DNA from: an uncultured virus (IMG/VR IMGVR_UViG_3300009784_000011)
Lineage: Duplodnaviria; Heunggongvirae; Uroviricota; Caudoviricetes
Reading direction: 5' to 3' (one strand)
DNA length: 64,000 nucleotides
Virus record (IMG/VR): IMGVR_UViG_3300009784_000011
Location: 1-64,000 of that record
The notes under the pieces are model-generated. The model ran no database searches. It was given only the letters and a program-made list of their open reading frames with translations, and was not told the DNA's origin. The number at the start of each line of letters is the position of its first letter. The stretch's first letter is position 1. The position numbers and the translations under genes were made by a program. Below, in pieces: positions 48,101 through 57,632 of this stretch.

Positions 48101-48344
48101 GGGCTGTGACAACGAGAGCGGAGGGCTCACGGCCGGCGCCGGTGTGGAGGCCGGCAACTACCCGCACAACACCGCACACGGCGCGACGAACACCTACTAC
48201 GGCGGCCTGGGCGGCGCGACCGGGCAGACCTACGGGGCGCAACCCGGCGGTGGCGGCGCAGGGGGAAACGCCGACATCTACGGCTCATATATCTCCGGTG
48301 GCAACGGCGGCCCCGGTGTGGTCTTTATCCTGGCATATCAATAG
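45168..48344 (+). CDS. minor tail protein with amphipathic repeats and Gly-rich C-terminus
   Basis: FDPLTAIE.FIT.IL.PNGL repeats; GAGGGG Gly-rich domain at end. Confidence 0.75.
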   Translation: MAGAIDLYAGSPSIAGSNLFQIDHNPLDQLDQGIQDVIGQGSSGLGANILTAIETVAQAIIDTILGLPIDTPLNFSTDVNAALGMLGSFIDNLLTFLGDLNPLDPNFLSNMEQYAAQFIESILAPTGIFDLAQQIIDALTGESNSSISGLLTWLDGFYNALTGGASSTLAGVESFFTNLLSLFGLSGSALTASGFDPLTAIETFITDILAPNGLTTLITNLIGSISTDLGAVWAAITGIAGATVTDVQTLFSNLASLFGIDLSSLSSGTFDPLTAIENFITNILQPNGLTDWITNLLSGLGISASGISATVLTDLESIIGDIGSLLTGANVPALQTVIDDLQSVIDALTGGTGVIADITTTITDAISSAASLAQGIIDTLTGSAAGTGTLGDLVTSVQSMVSNAVSSAVSTLTSLVQGVIDTLTGAASGTGTLADLQTWLANLLSMFGVNLTDLTSGTFDPLTTIENFITNILAPNGLSTMLDNLLSSLGISSSGISATVLTDLSSIANEIGSLLGISNIPDLQTLVDTLTGGSGSAISAVASIPAAIGGVIDTLMQGWGATGSGYTLADLLNAAMSIPSQAVAGVLGGTNIGTAIEGVIDSAVQALSNDATSAGNGLSVFTNLLNDLSNMLGFNSTGAAPAGSLTAIAQTNSEFINQQSVTQPLSANVDPTTDAVFPLSNLASLGTPASLPLVALTAANSVVGFISTVYGGVKESIDWIGYPQGGSIAGMTGLYLNIWSINTTTGVPTLVWQTPASILNQVSIDTKPDWNALNLPTANFISSVQGAIYAVEMVLTGSGQYNVVGMANAIPAKTGVIPAMIGAQRGGATATAPNSLPVIGTAPSFVYDASTPWFGMSGTAGQTQYVPNLVQLSTPAGPTSMVNPAVSNGWANYFDIVVCGAGGGGSSGGLVTGGDGGSAGLWAAATFTRAQMGTANITVQVGAGGAGGQGPGQNGGSAGTASYVSVPGQATITGAGGAGCDNESGGLTAGAGVEAGNYPHNTAHGATNTYYGGLGGATGQTYGAQPGGGGAGGNADIYGSYISGGNGGPGVVFILAYQ

Positions 48345-48352
48345 GAGGCGTC

Positions 48353-51300
48353 GTGCCGGGCCAGATCACCTTTGAGGTCATCGCCGTCCAGTCCGTCACG
48401 GCACCCTTCGACGGCATCGGCGGCTTGTCGAGCTTCTTCACCCAGGGTGCCGCCGCACCGTTTAGCGCCGAGGGCTCCCTGGACGCGTTGCAGACGGCGA
48501 TCACCGTGTTCTCCGGCGAGGGCAGCCTGACGATGGCGCTGCCGACACCGGCGCAGTTCGAGGGCGTAGGAGAGCTGTCCGGCGCGATCGCGGTGCCACT
48601 GGATGCCCAATTCGGCACCGAAGGGCTGCTCAACGACGTACCCTCCGTGGGGGTCAATCCGGTGTTCGGCGCCGAAGGTGTACTCGACGCCGAGATGATC
48701 GCCGCGCTGGACGCCCCGTTCAACTCCGAGGGCGATTTCGGCGCGATCATCCCCGTGTTCGGTGACGCCGATTTCAGCACCACCGGCACGCTCGGTGTCA
48801 CGGTCACGACGCTGGCTCCGGGTCAGGCGCTGTTCGCCGCAGTCGGTCAGCTGGGCGCCGACGTCGAGATGATCGAGTTCCTCGACGGACAGTTCTCCAG
48901 CGAAGGCTCGCTATCCGCCGAGGCGGCCGAGGGCCTTCCGGCCGAGTTCGACAGCACCGGGACGCTGGACGCCGATGTGCTGGCGATCGACGTGGTGAGC
49001 GCGCAATTCAGTGCGGAGGGCGTTTTCACCCCGGCTCCCAGCGCGGGGATGGATGCACAACTGCCCAGTTCCGGGCAGTTGTCGGTCAGCATCCTGGCCG
49101 TCGCCATCGTCGCAGCGCAGTTCAACGGCGAGGGGCAACTCGACTCGGCCCTCGTCGAGGTGATCGCCGCCGAGTTCACCGCTTCTGCTTCGCTGGCTGC
49201 CGCGGTGGTTGAGCGCGCCGAGAGCGACGGCATCTTCAGCGGTGAGGCCGCGCTGGACGGGATCTCGGGTGCGGCCCTGGACGGCGAGCTCGACGGCGCC
49301 GGCCAGCTCAGCCTCGTGGTCGTCGCCGGCATGGGAACCGCAGCGCCGTGGAGCGGCGAGGGGTCGCTCGCGGCGGTGGTGGTACCGGCGGCTGCTGGCG
49401 CGTTCGCTGGGACCGGCTCGCTGGATGCGGCCGTGGTCGGAGTCGGCCAGGCCGAGGCGCTGTTCTGCACCGTCGGTGAGCTGGGGTGCATCGTCACGCC
49501 TCGCATCGCACTGACGGCGCAGTTCACCGGAGGGGGCCAGCTGGGCGCGGCGGCGTGGGCGGGTATCGACGCCAACTTCTCCAGTGAGGGCACGCTGATC
49601 CCGCCGCGCAACCCGTACACGATTTACATCGCCGACCAGGGGTATTACACGCTAAACAGCTGGGACGGCTTTGTTTACACGACGCTGGCCGGTCCTGCCG
49701 GCGCTGGAGGCTACTACCTCGGACCCGCTTATATGGGCTCCGACCTTAGCACCGGCATGGTCTATATGGCCGACTATTTCTACCCGTATCAGATCATCAC
49801 CTGGGACGGGGCAACAGTTGGAGCGATATTGGGCGGCCTGGACACCCCTGGGGACCTGAACTACCCCAACGGTGTCGCTGCGGCCAACGGTCTGGTGTAC
49901 GTCGCTGACACGCAGAACTACCGGATCGTGACCTGGGACGGCGCCACCGAGGGGGTACTGCCGCTCACGTTGGCCGGTCCCACCGACGTGGCCGTTGACA
50001 GCAAGGGCGTTCTCTATATCGCCGATAGCTACGGCCACGCCGCGTACTCCTGGGACGGCACCACACAGCAGCCCCTGCCGCTTCCGGACGGGTTTAGTCC
50101 TATGACGCTGGCTACAGACCCGCAGGATAACGTCTACTTCCTTGCCACTTGGCCCTTAGGTGTGCAGAAGTGGGACGGATCGACCATGCAGGATGTCGAG
50201 ATCCCCGGCATAACCGCCAACTCCGGAGGTGGTGGCATCGGAGTTGACCCCGGTGGCCTCCTCTACATAGCCGACAGCAGCAACAACCGCATCGTGACCT
50301 GGGACGGCACGACGCTGACCCAGCTCCCAATCCCCTCGACTTCTTGGCCCGTTGGCCTGGCGTTCCTGCCGACAGTTCCTGCGGTAGTGGGCATCATGGC
50401 GCCACGTGAGGCCGCTGCCGAGCTCTCCGGCGTGGGCACTCTCTCAGCATCCACGGTCCCGTCCACGAGTCGCTCGGGCGCGCTGAGCGCCACCGGCACG
50501 CTGGCCGTCACCGTGGTGGCCAGGCAATTCGCCGCGCCCGCGTTCTCGGGCGGTGCGTCGCTGCAAGCCACCGCGTCCCCCAAGAGGGCCACCAATGCGG
50601 GACTGAGTGCCAGCGGGACTCTGTCGAGCACGGCCTCGGGCACGGTGACCTTCCAGCCCTTCACCGTGGAAAACACCAACCTCTACGGCCAGCCCGTTCC
50701 GGCCGGCGCAGTCGGCTGCTACGTCACCCTGATCGGCGGGGGTGGTGCCGGAGCGACTAACAGTGGCACCACAGCCGGCGGCGGTGGTGGTGGCGGTGGG
50801 ATGATCACCCGCACCTGGATTCCGGTGGCCTCACTGGGATCGACGTACTCGGTGGAACGGGGAGGTCCCTCTGTCTCGCCCGGGACCGGGGGAGGGCCAT
50901 CCTGGTTCACCTCGGGCTCGGTCAGTCTCTATGGCAACGGCGGTAGCGGAGGCGGCGATCCGACGGCTGGTGCTGGAGGCACCACCAGCGTCGCGGGAAT
51001 TACCGCGACGGCATTGACGGGCGGCGCTGGAGGAACCGGAGCCGGTAGCGGCAACGCAGCCCCTGCTGTGTCAACGGGCGCGCCTGGCGGTGGCGGTGGC
51101 GGCGGTCAGTCCAGCGTCGGGGGCGCCGGCGGCAGTAGCGCAACGGTAGCTGGCGGAGCAGCAGGAGCCGCGTCAGCCGGTGCCGGTGGCAGCCCCGCCG
51201 CCTCCGCGGCCGGTAACGGGGGAGCCGGCGGCGGAGGCGGCGGCTCGTCTCTGTCGACCGGAGCCGGTGTCGGTGGCGCGGGGGGCGCCTACGGCGGAGG

Positions 51301-51946
51301 AGGCGGCGGAGGCGGCGCAGCTCTGTCGGGAAACGCCGGGGTCGGCGGCCTTGGCGGCACCGGCTACACGCGCGTGGAGTGGGTGGATGAGACGGGTGCT
51401 CCCCCGTCCTACGCTGACACGTTTGCTCGCGCCAATGCCACCACCCTGGGCAGCGACTGGATAAATATCAGCGGAACCATGATCATCGACACCAACCGGG
51501 CCATCGGCGGGACCACGTCAACCACCTGGAACCTTGCCCGTTACTACGCGCCCGCGCCATCCGACGACATGTTTGCCGAGGCCGACTGGGGTTCTACCGA
51601 CATCGCCAACAACTCGGCTTACATCATGATCGGGGCGAACAGCACAGATACCGACTGCGCGATGCTTTATAACTGGAACAACCAGTATTTGTTCCTGAAC
51701 ACGTTCATCAACAACACGCAGACCCAACGCGCCTCGTGGGCAGGCGATCCCTCCGGTCATGTCCGGATTCAGCGCGTCGGCAACGTCTACACCGCCTTGG
51801 TTAATGGCACCGCGCGCGTCACCTGGACCGACAGCAGTAACGTGCTAACCCGAGACGTCAACCACCGCAACTTCGTCATCGGGTCCGACCGCAAGTCATC
51901 GACGGGCTACGGGTACCTGCAGAACTGGACGGCGGGAACGCCATAA
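48353..51946 (+). CDS. minor tail/fibre protein (F.GEG.L repeats, NHL-like propeller, Gly-rich, C-terminal beta domain)
   Basis: F(S/N)xEGxL repeats; YIAD/YVAD..NYRIVTWDG repeats ~49610-50370; YADTFARAN..LGSDW C-terminal domain. Confidence 0.75.
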   Translation: MPGQITFEVIAVQSVTAPFDGIGGLSSFFTQGAAAPFSAEGSLDALQTAITVFSGEGSLTMALPTPAQFEGVGELSGAIAVPLDAQFGTEGLLNDVPSVGVNPVFGAEGVLDAEMIAALDAPFNSEGDFGAIIPVFGDADFSTTGTLGVTVTTLAPGQALFAAVGQLGADVEMIEFLDGQFSSEGSLSAEAAEGLPAEFDSTGTLDADVLAIDVVSAQFSAEGVFTPAPSAGMDAQLPSSGQLSVSILAVAIVAAQFNGEGQLDSALVEVIAAEFTASASLAAAVVERAESDGIFSGEAALDGISGAALDGELDGAGQLSLVVVAGMGTAAPWSGEGSLAAVVVPAAAGAFAGTGSLDAAVVGVGQAEALFCTVGELGCIVTPRIALTAQFTGGGQLGAAAWAGIDANFSSEGTLIPPRNPYTIYIADQGYYTLNSWDGFVYTTLAGPAGAGGYYLGPAYMGSDLSTGMVYMADYFYPYQIITWDGATVGAILGGLDTPGDLNYPNGVAAANGLVYVADTQNYRIVTWDGATEGVLPLTLAGPTDVAVDSKGVLYIADSYGHAAYSWDGTTQQPLPLPDGFSPMTLATDPQDNVYFLATWPLGVQKWDGSTMQDVEIPGITANSGGGGIGVDPGGLLYIADSSNNRIVTWDGTTLTQLPIPSTSWPVGLAFLPTVPAVVGIMAPREAAAELSGVGTLSASTVPSTSRSGALSATGTLAVTVVARQFAAPAFSGGASLQATASPKRATNAGLSASGTLSSTASGTVTFQPFTVENTNLYGQPVPAGAVGCYVTLIGGGGAGATNSGTTAGGGGGGGGMITRTWIPVASLGSTYSVERGGPSVSPGTGGGPSWFTSGSVSLYGNGGSGGGDPTAGAGGTTSVAGITATALTGGAGGTGAGSGNAAPAVSTGAPGGGGGGGQSSVGGAGGSSATVAGGAAGAASAGAGGSPAASAAGNGGAGGGGGGSSLSTGAGVGGAGGAYGGGGGGGGAALSGNAGVGGLGGTGYTRVEWVDETGAPPSYADTFARANATTLGSDWINISGTMIIDTNRAIGGTTSTTWNLARYYAPAPSDDMFAEADWGSTDIANNSAYIMIGANSTDTDCAMLYNWNNQYLFLNTFINNTQTQRASWAGDPSGHVRIQRVGNVYTALVNGTARVTWTDSSNVLTRDVNHRNFVIGSDRKSSTGYGYLQNWTAGTP

Positions 51947-54900
51947 TGCCGGGCACACTGGGTTTCCAAGTCGCGATGCTCGTCAACGCCGCGAGCGAGT
52001 TCTCCGGCGAGGGCGAACTCGTCGTGGCCGGCGGCCCCGCGATCGACGCCGCGTTCAACAGCGAAGGACAGCTGAGCACCCGGGTCGAGGCCACGGCCCA
52101 ATTCAATGGCGAAGGCCAGCTCGACGCCGAGACCGAGCAGATCGCCCAGCTTGATGCGCCGTTCAACTCCGCCGGTTACCTCTCGGTCGTGGAGCTGGAG
52201 CTGCTCGACGCGCCGTTCAACGGCGAGGGCACGCTGACGGCGCAGCTCGCTGCGGCACTCAAGGCGCCGTTCTCATCGGACGGCACGCTGAGTGCGATGG
52301 TCATGGGCAGTGCGGACTTCAACGGCGAAGGCCAGCTCGACGCGGCGCTGCAGGCCACCGTCGATGCGGAGTTCAACACGGAGGGCCAACTGGCCCCGTC
52401 CGCGCTGAAGATGCTTTACCCGCAGTTCAACGGCGAGGGCACGCTGGATGCCCGTGTCGAGGAGGGTGTGGCCGCGCGGTTCGGCGCGCAGGGCTCGCTG
52501 TCGGTCGTTGTCGAGACGCTGGCGCAGTTCAGCGGCGAGGGTCAGCTCGACACTGAAGTCCAGGCCGCGTTGGGTGCCGGATTGGGCGCCGAGGGTCAGC
52601 TCAACATCGGGCTGATCCAGGGCGCGGTGATCGAGTTCGATGCCGAGGGCACGCTATCCGCGCAGGCACTGGAGGGTGCTCCGGCGGGGTTCTCGTCGGA
52701 GGGCTCACTGGATGCGCTGGTCGGCCAGCTCGCCTACCCCGAGTTCGAGGGCGAAGGATGGCTGAGCGCCGATGCCACCCAGATACGCCCCGGCGAGGCT
52801 TTGTTCTCCGGTGAGGGATCGCTACAAGTCGGTGTTGCCGCGCCGCTCGGAGCGGACTTCGGCGCCGATGCCACGTTAGGTGCATCGGCGCTCGCCGGTG
52901 CTGCCGGGCCGTTCAACGGCGAGGGCACGATGAGCACCGCCATCGCGGTGCCACTGGACGCGGAGTTTTACGCCGACGCCACTCTGGTATCTGACACCGT
53001 GCCGGTACAGCCCGGCGAGGCGCTTTTCCCGGCCGAAGGATCGCTACAGGTCACGGCGGCCGCGCAACTCGACGCGCCCTACTGCGCGACCGGGACACTG
53101 GCGACGCAGATCAGCGCCATCGTCGACATCGAGGTCGTCTGGTTCGATGCCGGTGGCACTTTGAGCGCGGCGGTGGCCGAAGAATTCGACGTGCTGTTCG
53201 AAGGCGCGGGCGTCCTTGTGTTCGACGCGGTGGAGGCGTTCCCGCGCAGTGCCGTCTTCTCATCGGCCGGCACGCTTGCGGCCGATGCCGTCGAGGCGTT
53301 CCCGCGCGACGCGGAGTTCTCGGCAATCGGCACGCCAGGCGCCGGCGCCGACGCTGGGCTGGATGCCCAGTTCCGGGCGGTCGGGGCATTGGATGCGGTG
53401 GTCGTTGCGGGGATCGCGGCGATCTTCGACGCAGAGGGCTCGTACCTGCCGCATGAGGCCGAGGTCATGCACCCCGAGTTCGGCGCCACCGGCACGCTGG
53501 ACGCGCTGGCCGAACAAACTATCGACGCGCAGTTCACCGGGACGGGGTCGGCGAATGCGAGCGCCCAGGTTGGTGTGAATGCCGCGTTCAGTGCGCAGGC
53601 AACTCTTGTCATCACCAATCTCGAATCCGAGGTCATCACCCCCGATGGAACGACGAAGACCATCGTGCTGGAGAACGTGAACGACCTGGAGGACTTCGTT
53701 CCCGATGGACTTCAGTCCTGCTACGTCACCCTCATCGGCGGCGGTGGCAGTGGTGGTAACGGCAACAACGCCGCTGTCGCCGGTGGTGCTTCGGGTGGTG
53801 GCGGCGGTGGCCGCATCGACCGGGTGTCTATTGATCCGAGCCTGCTGGGCACCACGTTCAGCGTCGTTACGGGCGTGGGGGGCAACTCGCCCAGCGGCGC
53901 TCAGGCCCACGGGATCGCGGGCAGCGCCTCCACCTTCACTTCTGGCAGCGTCGCCCTGTCAGCGGGCGGTGGTCAGGGTGGCACTGGCGGGAGCATGGCC
54001 GACCCTATTCCTGGTGGCGCGGGTGGCACCTGTTCGGCCACGGGTGTTTCGGTTACGAGCTACACGGGAGGCGCGGGGGCGGCGTCGGATACCACTACAC
54101 CGGCCGGGTCGTCGGCTCCCAGCACCTCGAATAACCAGGGCTCCGGCGGTGGCAACGGCAACTGCACCTCTGGCGCTCCACCCACCAAGGGTGGCTCGTC
54201 GCTCTATGTCGCCGGGGGCGCGCTGGGGCAGATGCCGCCCAGTGCGGGTCTAGGCAACGGCGGCGCCGGCGGCGGCGGTCAGGGCGATAGCAACAGCGCG
54301 GGTGCCCAAGGTGGCCTCTACGGCGGCGGTGGTGGTGGCGGTGGCAGCACCATCTTGCTGGGCACGCCCGGTACGGGTGGGCCCGGCGCGCAGGGGTACG
54401 CGAAGGTGGAGATGGAAGTCTTCATCCCGGCCGATGCGACACAGCTGGACCCTGTCTCGCTCGAAAACACCAATGTCGTCAACGCGCCGGTGCCAAACTG
54501 CTCGGGCATGTACGTCACCCTGATCGGCGCGGGGGGCGCCGGTACGGTGGGTCCCGGCTCCGGTGGCGGCGGCGGTGGCCGCATCGCGCGAGTGTGGATA
54601 CCGATAGCGAGCCTGGGGTCTACTTACTCGATCACCAGGGGCCTTGGGGTCGCTGGGGCAAACGGCGGGGCCTCCACCTTCACCTCTGGCGCCGTCACGT
54701 TGTCGGCCGGTGGCGGCGTGTGGGGTGGGAGCACCCACGCTGGGGGAACCTGCGTGGTCAGCGGCGTTGCGGCCAGCAGCTATCCCGGCGCTGCAGGGAG
54801 CACTGCTGCGGGTACAGCATCTGCGGCTGCCGGAGCCGGAGGCGGCGGTGGTGCCGGGTACACCGATGGCGGATCGGGCATCCTCTACGACAACGGGGGG

Positions 54901-56460
54901 AACGCCGGGGGAAACTCCACCGCATCAACTCCCGTAGTTACGGGTGGAGCAGCGGGTCAGCCCGGCAAGGCCCAGGACCCGCAGCTTGGTGGCGGCTCAG
55001 GCGGCGGCGGTGCAGGGTCGAACGCGTATGGGGCCGCCGGGTCCGGTGGACTTGGTGGTAACTACGGCGGTGGTTCGGGTGGTTCTGGGAACAGCCAGTA
55101 TGGGAACGGAGCGTCCACGCCCGGTGGCGGCGGCTACACGCTGCTGGAATACACACCCATCGCGCCGATCAACCGCAACGTGAGGTTCACCGGCGGTGGC
55201 CAGCTCGGCTTCAGCAAGTTCGTCGCCAGCACCTACATCGCCCGGCCGCAGTTCAACACGGCGGGTCAGCTGGGCGCAGCCGTTCTCAAGGGCGCACGCC
55301 CCTCGTTCAACGCTCAGGGCAGCCTCAGTGTGGATATCAAGATCGTCCAGAGATTCGGCCTCAACGCCGCCTTCAGCGCGTCCTCGCAGCTGGCGGCGGG
55401 AATGATGACCGCTTCCCACGCCGCGCAACTATCCACCTATACGGCCTCGGGCAGCTTTAGCGTTCCCGACTGGTGTGACGCCTACGACGAGATCGCGCTG
55501 GGCGGCGGCGGCGGCGGCCAGGGCGGTGGCGTGGGCTACGTCGCCGGCAGCGGCGGTGACCGGGGCGCCTGGGGTGCGCTCACGGTGGTACGCGGCCGAG
55601 ACATCACCATGACCAACAGGTCGGGAACCATCGCGGTCGGCGGTGGTGGTGCAGCCGGTGGTGATGGCGGCCAAGGGAGCAGCTCCACCGTCACTGCATC
55701 CGGCACATCTCTGACCGCGACCGGCACGGGTGGTGTGGGCGGCAAAGCAAGAAGCTCCTACGACAACAACAACGCGGGCCGGGGAGCGTATGCGCTGAAC
55801 TGGACTAACGCCTTCGGCAGCGTGGTATCCATCGCCGGGAGTGCCGACACGGGCACGGTCGGGTCTAACGCCAACGGTCAGGCTGCCAATGCTCCCGGTG
55901 GCGGTGGTGGTGGTGGTGGCGGCGGTCTTGTGGTCAACCTCGGCAACGGCATCGTGGGCGCCGCGGGGCGCTGCTTCGTCAACTTCTATCAGACCCAGCC
56001 CCGGCCCACGATCCTGATCCCGTCCACGGTGTATTACCAGAGCACGGTCTACGCGGACAACGTACCCGCCACCTGGCAATACATGAACAACTTCAACGCC
56101 GATGCCAGCAAGAACGGCGGTCAGACGGGCACCGATGACACGGGCAACGGCGAGTGGATCATGGCCGATACGAACATGTACGCCAATATCACCCACATCG
56201 TGCTGGGCTACGACTATCTCAACAACCTGGATGGCGGCTGGGGCACGAGCTACACCGAAGGCTGCACGGTCTACGGGTGCAACGATGCCGGGGTGGACTG
56301 GCCGACGAGCTGGACGCCGATCACCACCACTCCCACCTACGCCAGCACCGGCGTGCAGAACGGCCTCGTCGGTATCCGCATCAACGGGGCTTACCGCTGG
56401 ATTCTGATCGCCTCGGCCGGCTATCTCTGCCTGACCGAGTTCGAGGTGTGGCGGTCATGA
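51946..56460 (+). CDS. minor tail/fibre protein (F.GEG.L repeats, three Gly-rich modules)
   Basis: FNGEGQL repeats over ~550 aa, YVTLIGGGG modules, C-terminal YRWILI...LTEFEVW discoidin-like end. Confidence 0.75.
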   Translation: MPGTLGFQVAMLVNAASEFSGEGELVVAGGPAIDAAFNSEGQLSTRVEATAQFNGEGQLDAETEQIAQLDAPFNSAGYLSVVELELLDAPFNGEGTLTAQLAAALKAPFSSDGTLSAMVMGSADFNGEGQLDAALQATVDAEFNTEGQLAPSALKMLYPQFNGEGTLDARVEEGVAARFGAQGSLSVVVETLAQFSGEGQLDTEVQAALGAGLGAEGQLNIGLIQGAVIEFDAEGTLSAQALEGAPAGFSSEGSLDALVGQLAYPEFEGEGWLSADATQIRPGEALFSGEGSLQVGVAAPLGADFGADATLGASALAGAAGPFNGEGTMSTAIAVPLDAEFYADATLVSDTVPVQPGEALFPAEGSLQVTAAAQLDAPYCATGTLATQISAIVDIEVVWFDAGGTLSAAVAEEFDVLFEGAGVLVFDAVEAFPRSAVFSSAGTLAADAVEAFPRDAEFSAIGTPGAGADAGLDAQFRAVGALDAVVVAGIAAIFDAEGSYLPHEAEVMHPEFGATGTLDALAEQTIDAQFTGTGSANASAQVGVNAAFSAQATLVITNLESEVITPDGTTKTIVLENVNDLEDFVPDGLQSCYVTLIGGGGSGGNGNNAAVAGGASGGGGGGRIDRVSIDPSLLGTTFSVVTGVGGNSPSGAQAHGIAGSASTFTSGSVALSAGGGQGGTGGSMADPIPGGAGGTCSATGVSVTSYTGGAGAASDTTTPAGSSAPSTSNNQGSGGGNGNCTSGAPPTKGGSSLYVAGGALGQMPPSAGLGNGGAGGGGQGDSNSAGAQGGLYGGGGGGGGSTILLGTPGTGGPGAQGYAKVEMEVFIPADATQLDPVSLENTNVVNAPVPNCSGMYVTLIGAGGAGTVGPGSGGGGGGRIARVWIPIASLGSTYSITRGLGVAGANGGASTFTSGAVTLSAGGGVWGGSTHAGGTCVVSGVAASSYPGAAGSTAAGTASAAAGAGGGGGAGYTDGGSGILYDNGGNAGGNSTASTPVVTGGAAGQPGKAQDPQLGGGSGGGGAGSNAYGAAGSGGLGGNYGGGSGGSGNSQYGNGASTPGGGGYTLLEYTPIAPINRNVRFTGGGQLGFSKFVASTYIARPQFNTAGQLGAAVLKGARPSFNAQGSLSVDIKIVQRFGLNAAFSASSQLAAGMMTASHAAQLSTYTASGSFSVPDWCDAYDEIALGGGGGGQGGGVGYVAGSGGDRGAWGALTVVRGRDITMTNRSGTIAVGGGGAAGGDGGQGSSSTVTASGTSLTATGTGGVGGKARSSYDNNNAGRGAYALNWTNAFGSVVSIAGSADTGTVGSNANGQAANAPGGGGGGGGGGLVVNLGNGIVGAAGRCFVNFYQTQPRPTILIPSTVYYQSTVYADNVPATWQYMNNFNADASKNGGQTGTDDTGNGEWIMADTNMYANITHIVLGYDYLNNLDGGWGTSYTEGCTVYGCNDAGVDWPTSWTPITTTPTYASTGVQNGLVGIRINGAYRWILIASAGYLCLTEFEVWRS

Positions 56461-56536
56461 TCGCGTGCTTACCGCCAAGGGCGAGATACGATCATCGCGT
56501 GGGAAATCACACCCTTGTGATTAAGAAGGATGGACG

Positions 56537-56887
56537 ATGGCCATAGCAGTAGCAACGACCCGGCAGGCGTTGGCGAACGCCTACGTCGCGCTGGGGACCT
56601 ACATCGGGGCGGCTCCTAGCGACCCCGGCACGTCTGCCACTCCGGCCAGTGAAGCCACCGGTGGCAGCCCCGCCTACGCACGCCAGGCGACCAGCTGGAC
56701 GCCAGGCTCCGGTGGCAACGCCGCCGGCTCCGCGGTCACCCTCGACGTGCCGGCCAACGACTACAACTACATCCTGCTGTGCGGCGACGCAGCCGGGAAC
56801 ACCATGATCGACAAGGTCAGCGTGTCCCAGGTGTCGATGAGCGGCCAGGGCCAGCTTGTCATTACACCGTCGTTCGTCATCCAGTAA
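56537..56887 (+). CDS. small tail-associated protein
   Basis: AGAAGGA RBS; DPGT...EATGGSPAYARQATSW motif typical of actinophage tail proteins. Confidence 0.7.
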   Translation: MAIAVATTRQALANAYVALGTYIGAAPSDPGTSATPASEATGGSPAYARQATSWTPGSGGNAAGSAVTLDVPANDYNYILLCGDAAGNTMIDKVSVSQVSMSGQGQLVITPSFVIQ

Positions 56888-56945
56888 CCCGACACTCCCG
56901 GCGCGCGTTCACGGTTAACCCGGCCACGGGCAATACCGTGGAATT

Positions 56946-57299
56946 ATGCAGGTCGGGTCAGCGCGCGGCGCCTTTGGTGTCGTGGTATGGCCCGCCTATA
57001 TCGGCGTGGTCACCAGCGCCGGCGTCGAACCCGAATTCGGGTGGGACTACAACCGCGGCCAGATCCGCTGGAGCGTGTGCGACGGCGAGGTCATCGGCGA
57101 GGCCAGCGTCGAGGTCCCCGGCTCCGTCCTGGATTACACCCACGTCATCTACACGCATCACCCCACCAAGATGCCGTACTGGACGGTTCAGAAATTCTCC
57201 CATCCCTTTCACCTGCCGCAAGGGGGCACCATCCGGCTGTCCCGGATCACTGAACGCGACGTGACACCACTACGACCCGATCCGGTGCTCCATGACTAG
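56946..57299 (+). CDS. hypothetical protein
   Basis: ATG 6 nt after TACCGT -10-like box; DYNRGQIRW. Confidence 0.6.
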   Translation: MQVGSARGAFGVVVWPAYIGVVTSAGVEPEFGWDYNRGQIRWSVCDGEVIGEASVEVPGSVLDYTHVIYTHHPTKMPYWTVQKFSHPFHLPQGGTIRLSRITERDVTPLRPDPVLHD

Positions 57300-57444
57300 G
57301 CCGCTGTGGCTCGCGCTGCTGATCGCCTTCATCGTCCTGGCGCTCCTGGCCGCGATGGTCATCCTGGACTACCACCACTCCCTGCCGCAGCTGCCGGAGC
57401 CACAGCCCGAACCGGCTATTTACCCCGGGGCGGTGATGACATGA
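57292..57444 (+). CDS. small membrane protein
   Basis: MTRPLWLALLIAFIVLALLAAMVILDY...; overlaps both neighbours; read manually. Confidence 0.55.
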   Translation: MTRPLWLALLIAFIVLALLAAMVILDYHHSLPQLPEPQPEPAIYPGAVMT

Positions 57445-57632
57445 CCAAGGCAGGGCTCTACCTGATTCTCTGCGGGATTGTCGTGCTGATGATCGGCGCA
57501 GTGATCCTGCTCAACGCGTGCGCGCCGCCGCACCGGCCGCGCCATCTCTGCTACGACGACGCCCGGTTCTGCCCACGCGCAGCGATCCTGCACGAACAGC
57601 CCCAGCCGCTCGTCGGGTACGGGCAGCGATGA
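57441..57632 (+). CDS. small membrane protein / possible lipoprotein
   Basis: MTKAGLYLILCGIVVLMIGAVILLNAC: hydrophobic stretch ending in LNAC lipobox-like motif; ATGA overlaps. Confidence 0.55.
   Translation: MTKAGLYLILCGIVVLMIGAVILLNACAPPHRPRHLCYDDARFCPRAAILHEQPQPLVGYGQR

Noticed and set aside
50730..55960. Host PE_PGRS genes
   Set aside because: Gly-rich runs lack a PE domain and are embedded in phage tail proteins.
45168..56460. CRISPR array or diversity-generating retroelement repeats
   Set aside because: Repeats are in-frame degenerate coding repeats without spacers; no reverse transcriptase or adenine-specific TR/VR pair was seen.
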